Positions 59,462-64,000 of a stretch of 64,000 bases of DNA are shown piece by piece (the stretch's first letter is position 1; each line of letters starts with the position of its first letter). The DNA lies in the NCBI GenBank assembly GCA_964572255.1, contig CAZNEE010000005.1, positions 24,720-88,719 of the forward strand. The letters are read 5' to 3'. The stretch comes from an uncultured Planctomycetia bacterium. Lineage in GTDB: Bacteria; Omnitrophota; Gorgyraeia; Tantalellales; Tantalellaceae. The notes beneath the pieces are model-generated. The model was not told the DNA's origin. It saw nothing but the letters and a program-made list of their open reading frames with translations, and did not search any database. A program made the translations under genes and the position numbers.

Positions 59462-60925
59462 ATGCAGTTTCTGAGAAAAGCCGTTTTCTATATTTTTCTG
59501 ATCATTTATTTAATAGCCTGCCCCTTAATTCTTCTTTATGCGGTCGGATATATTTATAAGCCCGGGACAAAAGAAGGTTTTGTAAAGACCGGGTTAATAT
59601 CTGTTGCGACTGTCCCCTCCGGGGCAAAGATCTACCTAAATAAAAGCCGCTATACGCAAAAAAGTCCTGCCGTTATCCCCGAACTAATCCCGGGAAGCTA
59701 TTCGCTGAAGATTTTTTTAAAAGGACATAAAGAATGGATAAGAACAGTCCGGGTAGAGCCTGAGAAAGCAACCGTTTTTGACAAGGTCATTCTCCTGCCG
59801 GATCGATTACGAAGCAAGGAAGTTCTTCACGGGAAGTTCCGGGATATTATCTCAGTTCCCGGGACGGATTTTTTGGTTCTCGCGAGAAGCGAAAAAATAG
59901 ATGATATTCTCGCGTACAACATCAAAAGCAATAAAGCATGGCCGCTGCTTAAATCTGGCATGCTTTTTGGGGGAGGGGAAGCGCTGTCTTATTTTACAGA
60001 AAAAGAAAGCCCCTATATTATTTTCTGCGTGAAATCTCCGGCAGGCAATAAGTTCTTAAGAGTTGAACTTGCCGAAAACAAAGAAGCCCCCGCTGAAGAT
60101 ATAACTAAATTTTTCCCCACAGAACCTTCGCGTGTTTTTTGGCACGCTTCATCTCCGAAAGATATTTTTTCTTATCAAAAAGGATCCTTAAACAGGATCG
60201 ATCTCGATTCGGGACAAGTGTATAAAAAGTATATAAAGAACGTTAAAGGATTCGGCCTCTCGGAGAACGCTCTTTATGTGCTTGCGAATGATAACAAGCT
60301 TGTAAAGATGGATTATGATAAAAAAGACAGAAAAATATTAATAGATGAAACAACAATGAATACTTTTCTTTTCAGGGGAAATGATTTTTATAAAATTTAC
60401 CCTCTTGGGCAAGAGATCTTTCTTTTTTGGGGGGAGAGGGGAGGCCTTTTGACGAACAATGCCCCGTATAATCTTGAGGGAGAGGGGATAAAAGGAGTGA
60501 GCGTTAATTTGCAATTTGATCGAGCGGTTTTATTTAAAAACGATCGAGTAGGGGTTCTTGATCTTTCAGCCGAAGAGATATCGGGGGAAGCCATAAAGCC
60601 CGTCAAAATCAAATGGATTTATAAAAACGCGAAGAATATCGAACAGGTTTTTTGGGCGCATGAAGCTTCACATGTATTGTTCCGCGACGGGAACAAAGTA
60701 TTTTTAGCGGGGGCATTTGAAGATAGCGGTTTTAGCCTGAACAGCATATTTGATGTTGCAGACGGAAGTTCAATTGTTTATTCGGATAAAACGGGAGAAG
60801 CATATTGCCTTTTTCAGTCCCCGGGGAGCTTGTTTGCTTCAGGAATAGTGCCGAAGAAAGATATCATCGAAATGCCGTCCGTAGATACGGGGCAGGATAA
60901 AGGGAAGAAATATAATGGAGTTTGA
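59462..60925 (+). CDS. Membrane-anchored PEGA domain protein with beta-rich (propeller-like) C-terminus
   Basis: N-terminal TM; TGLISVATVPSGAKIYLN...PGSYSLKI..KGHKEW PEGA pattern. Confidence 0.75.
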   Translation: MQFLRKAVFYIFLIIYLIACPLILLYAVGYIYKPGTKEGFVKTGLISVATVPSGAKIYLNKSRYTQKSPAVIPELIPGSYSLKIFLKGHKEWIRTVRVEPEKATVFDKVILLPDRLRSKEVLHGKFRDIISVPGTDFLVLARSEKIDDILAYNIKSNKAWPLLKSGMLFGGGEALSYFTEKESPYIIFCVKSPAGNKFLRVELAENKEAPAEDITKFFPTEPSRVFWHASSPKDIFSYQKGSLNRIDLDSGQVYKKYIKNVKGFGLSENALYVLANDNKLVKMDYDKKDRKILIDETTMNTFLFRGNDFYKIYPLGQEIFLFWGERGGLLTNNAPYNLEGEGIKGVSVNLQFDRAVLFKNDRVGVLDLSAEEISGEAIKPVKIKWIYKNAKNIEQVFWAHEASHVLFRDGNKVFLAGAFEDSGFSLNSIFDVADGSSIVYSDKTGEAYCLFQSPGSLFASGIVPKKDIIEMPSVDTGQDKGKKYNGV

Positions 60926-62441
60926 TTTTTCAGGAAGTAATATACAGGGAAGAGAGAGAGGGCTTCAAAGATTTTTTGAGATCGTCCCGGGCGCGACAAG
61001 CTGGATGATTCTTGTCGGCATGACCATACTTGCTTTTTGTGAGCCGCTCGTAGCTGCCGTTATTATTATCGCCTTTGATCTGTACTGGCTTTTACGGCTT
61101 TTATACATGACGCTTTTTCTCATTCTTTCTTATTTCAGGCTTTCAATGGAAAAGGGAACTGACTGGATGAAAAAGGCCAAAGAATTGGATCAGCCCGGAG
61201 AGCTTTGCTTAAAAGACATTGTGCACTTGGTCATTATCCCGGTTTCCAAGGAAACGCAGGAAGTCATAGCGCCGGGGATCAAGAGCTTTATTCAGGGGGC
61301 ATTCCCCTCAAAGCAGGTCCTGGTAGTTATTGCCCTTGAAGAGAGAGCAGGCCAGGAAGTAAAAGAAGGCGTAAAAAAAACACAAGAAGTTTATAGGCGA
61401 GATTTTTTGGATCTTTTGGTAGCAATTCATCCTGACGGGATACAAGGCGAGGCAAAAGTTAAAGGAGCCAATACAACATTTGCGGCCAAAAGAGCTGCGG
61501 AATATTTTCTGGAGAAAGATATTCCTTTTGAAAAAGTTGTGGCTTCTTGTTTTGACGCGGATACAGTAATCGACTCTGATTATTTCGCGGCCCTTACATA
61601 CTATTATATGGCTTCTCCGGAAAGGGAAAGAGCAAGCTTCCAGCCGGTTCCTGTTTACAACAATAATATATGGGAGGCCCCGGGGATAACGAGGGTTCTT
61701 GAGACGGGGTCATCTTTTTTCCAATTGATCGAAGCAACAAATCCTGAAAAATTAGTGACTTTTTCCAGTCATAGTATGAGCTTTAAGGCTTTGGTTGATA
61801 TCGGGTATTGGCCCGTTGATATGATCTCGGACGATTCCGCTATTTTCTGGAAGGCGTTCATACATTATGACGGGAAGTACAGGGTGGTTCCGATGTACAC
61901 GACACTTTCCATGGATGCCGTTGTGGCGGAAAACTGGTGGAAAACAGTGGTCAATGTCTATAAACAAAAGAGACGATGGGCGTGGGGAGTTGAAAATTTT
62001 CCTATCATTATGAGGGCTTTTCTTAAAAATAAAAAAATATCTTTTTTTAATAAAATGAGGTACCTCTTTAAACTTTTCGAAGGGCATATCGCGTGGGCGA
62101 CCTGGGCATTTCTTCTTACCTTTATCGGTTGGCTTCCCGCCATTTTCGCCGGAAGAGAATTCACGCACACGGTTTTTTATTACAGCGCGCCGCGTATAGC
62201 GGGAACTATCTTCCATCTTGCGTCTTTTTCGCTTATAACGAGCATCATTTTGAGTATTTGTCTTCTTCCCAAAAGCAGGGAGAAGCATCCTGTTTTGATG
62301 AGAATAGGATATGCCTTCCAATGGCTTTTAGTGCCTTTTACGGTCATTTTTCTAAGCGCGTTGCCGGCGTTAGACGCCCAAACCCGCCTTATGCTGGGAA
62401 AATATATGACGTTTTGGGTCACGGATAAAAAAAGAAAATAA
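60915..62441 (+). CDS. Membrane-embedded processive GT2 glycosyltransferase
   Basis: Two N-terminal TMs, KGAN, FDAD (DxD), ISDD, QKRRW (QxxRW), three or four C-terminal TMs. Confidence 0.85.
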   Translation: MEFDFSGSNIQGRERGLQRFFEIVPGATSWMILVGMTILAFCEPLVAAVIIIAFDLYWLLRLLYMTLFLILSYFRLSMEKGTDWMKKAKELDQPGELCLKDIVHLVIIPVSKETQEVIAPGIKSFIQGAFPSKQVLVVIALEERAGQEVKEGVKKTQEVYRRDFLDLLVAIHPDGIQGEAKVKGANTTFAAKRAAEYFLEKDIPFEKVVASCFDADTVIDSDYFAALTYYYMASPERERASFQPVPVYNNNIWEAPGITRVLETGSSFFQLIEATNPEKLVTFSSHSMSFKALVDIGYWPVDMISDDSAIFWKAFIHYDGKYRVVPMYTTLSMDAVVAENWWKTVVNVYKQKRRWAWGVENFPIIMRAFLKNKKISFFNKMRYLFKLFEGHIAWATWAFLLTFIGWLPAIFAGREFTHTVFYYSAPRIAGTIFHLASFSLITSIILSICLLPKSREKHPVLMRIGYAFQWLLVPFTVIFLSALPALDAQTRLMLGKYMTFWVTDKKRK

Positions 62442-63514
62442 TGAAAAGGCTTATTCTGTCAATTTTTTTTCTTATTCAGGCCTCAATTGTTTTTGCAGGG
62501 CCGCTGAAGATAGGGACCACATTCAGCCCGGTACAGTGCGCGTATCTCGAATTGAATTGGAGGGAAACATATCTTTCCATTCTTGAGATGGGGTTTGACC
62601 TTATTCGCTTAGGCGCTTATTGGAATGAGATCGAGAAGGAACAGGGAGTCTATGATTTTTCTAAACTTGATTGGCAGGTAAAAGAGGCAAGAAAAAGGGA
62701 CATTCCGGTTGTTCTTACCGTCGGCATGAAAGCCCCGCGCTGGCCGGAATATTTTATCCCCGATTGGGTTATGGAAAAAGTGACGTTTTCATTTGGCGCT
62801 GACGTGTCAAAGAACGCATGTTTAAAAGAACACACACTTAAATTTATAGAAGCGGTCGTGGAGCGATATAAAAAAGAAGCGACCATCCGCTATTGGCAGG
62901 TTGAAAATGAACCATTGAACCGCTTCGGCGGAGAATATTGGGTTATCGGCAAAAATTTTTTAATACAAGAGATCGAACTTGTGAAGAGGATCGACGGGGA
63001 GGAAAGGCCCGTTATTTTAACGACAGCTACATACCCTAACAGGCTCTTGCGTTTTACTTCGGGCATTTTCATAAAGCATGACCCAATAGAAGAATGTTTG
63101 GAAATGTGCGACATTTTAGGGTTAAATGTCTATCCCGTTGTAGGGCATAAATTTTTAGGGCTGAATTTTTACTTTAGAACAAATAAGAAGGAAAAAGAAC
63201 TTTATTTTTCGAAGCTTCTTGCGAAGGCGCGGGATGCCGGCAAAGAAGCATGGATCGTTGAATTCCAGGCCGAACCGTGGGAGGCAGGACGCCTTGTTTA
63301 TAAAGAAAATAAAAAACCGAGTTCGATCCGGATCGATTCTTTTGAGGAAAGTTTTCAGGAGGTTCGCGAAATAGGGTTCGATGTTATCCTTTTGTGGGGA
63401 GCCGAACACTGGCATTTTCGCCACATTCAGCGCAAAGATCCCGAATGGAAAGAAAAAATACAGAACATTCTTATGCGGGAAAAAGATTTTGACAAAACAC
63501 CTGATATGTCATAA
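62441..63514 (+). CDS. Exported clan GH-A glycoside hydrolase (GH5/GH42-like)
   Basis: Signal peptide, IRL..YWNEIE....YDFS.LDW, KAPRWPE, acid/base WQVENEP, candidate nucleophile VEFQAEPW, LLWG.E. Confidence 0.78.
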   Translation: MKRLILSIFFLIQASIVFAGPLKIGTTFSPVQCAYLELNWRETYLSILEMGFDLIRLGAYWNEIEKEQGVYDFSKLDWQVKEARKRDIPVVLTVGMKAPRWPEYFIPDWVMEKVTFSFGADVSKNACLKEHTLKFIEAVVERYKKEATIRYWQVENEPLNRFGGEYWVIGKNFLIQEIELVKRIDGEERPVILTTATYPNRLLRFTSGIFIKHDPIEECLEMCDILGLNVYPVVGHKFLGLNFYFRTNKKEKELYFSKLLAKARDAGKEAWIVEFQAEPWEAGRLVYKENKKPSSIRIDSFEESFQEVREIGFDVILLWGAEHWHFRHIQRKDPEWKEKIQNILMREKDFDKTPDMS

Positions 63515-63527
63515 GTTTAATAGAATC

Positions 63528-64000
63528 ATGAGAAAAAGTCTTGTTGTGGGAATATTGAAAGAAGAAAAGAACAAATGGGAAAGAAGAGCGCCTCTTACCC
63601 CGTCTGACGTAAGGTGGCTTGTGCAAAAGGGCATTGAGGTGGAGGTTGAATCCAGCCCCATCCGTGCGTTTAAAGATAAAGCATATGAAAAGAACGGGGC
63701 AAAGATCGTGAAAGAGCCGAAGAAGGCATCCTTTCTTGTGGGGATAAAAGAGCCGAGGAAAGAGAAGATCAGAGAAAAAGCCGTATACATGTTTTTCTCG
63801 CATACTACAAAGGGACAAAGCTACAATATGCTTTTACTTAGAGAATTGTTGGAAAAAGAGGCAACGCTTGTTGAATGCGAAAAAATTACCGATAGCAACG
63901 GGAAAAGATTGGTTTATTTCGGCAGATTTGCCGGTATATGCGGCGTGACTGACAGCCTTTATTATTGCGGCAGAAAACTAAAGGAAAGAGGCATCAACAA
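63528..64000 (+). CDS. Lysine-ketoglutarate reductase / saccharopine dehydrogenase-like protein (AlaDH/PNT N-terminal domain), truncated by window end
   Basis: Hand-translated MRKSLVVGILKEEKNKWERRAPLTP...GIKEP...FFSHTTKGQSYN...RLVYFGRFAG. Confidence 0.85.
   Translation, partial: MRKSLVVGILKEEKNKWERRAPLTPSDVRWLVQKGIEVEVESSPIRAFKDKAYEKNGAKIVKEPKKASFLVGIKEPRKEKIREKAVYMFFSHTTKGQSYNMLLLRELLEKEATLVECEKITDSNGKRLVYFGRFAGICGVTDSLYYCGRKLKERGIN

Noticed and set aside
54555-64000. Integrative element at tRNA-Glu
   Set aside because: No integrase or transposase and no duplicated tRNA 3' end seen within the window.

Overview
Bacterial chromosomal window spanning the replication origin. Gene content and protein variants suggest a PVC-superphylum lineage such as Candidatus Omnitrophota; this is an inference from the H-X9-DG pseudopilin, Chlamydia/spirochete-type V-ATPase, short PheT and lone Jag_N. 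Every real gene from 1 to 46139 is on the minus strand and every gene from 46393 onward is on the plus strand, pivoting at rpmH/dnaA. Left arm: FtsH-like protease, transketolase N-half, TPR protein, bS22-like peptide, hisG, rarA, 6S RNA, a UbiA/DPPR synthase-epimerase pair, thrS-infC-rpmI-rplT-ktrBA-pheST, coaBC/rpoZ/gmk, glmS, five tRNAs, a Na+-type V/A-ATPase operon, a PyrR-attenuated pyr operon, parAB split by a GT-C-like gene, and yidC-rnpA-rpmH. Right arm: dnaA-oriC-dnaN-dciA-gyrBA and tRNA-Glu, then an accessory cluster (PC4-like, SYLF, otsA-otsB-treT, PEGA protein, processive GT2, clan GH-A hydrolase, LKR/saccharopine dehydrogenase). No CRISPR array, integrase, transposase or prophage was seen. 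The best candidates for novelty are the PEGA-GT2-GH-A module attached to a trehalose operon, a 17-codon ORF that mimics the N-terminus of its downstream gene, the membrane gene inside parAB, a Mut7-C protein lacking catalytic acids inside the pyr operon, and a repeated UUCG motif trailing internal tRNAs.
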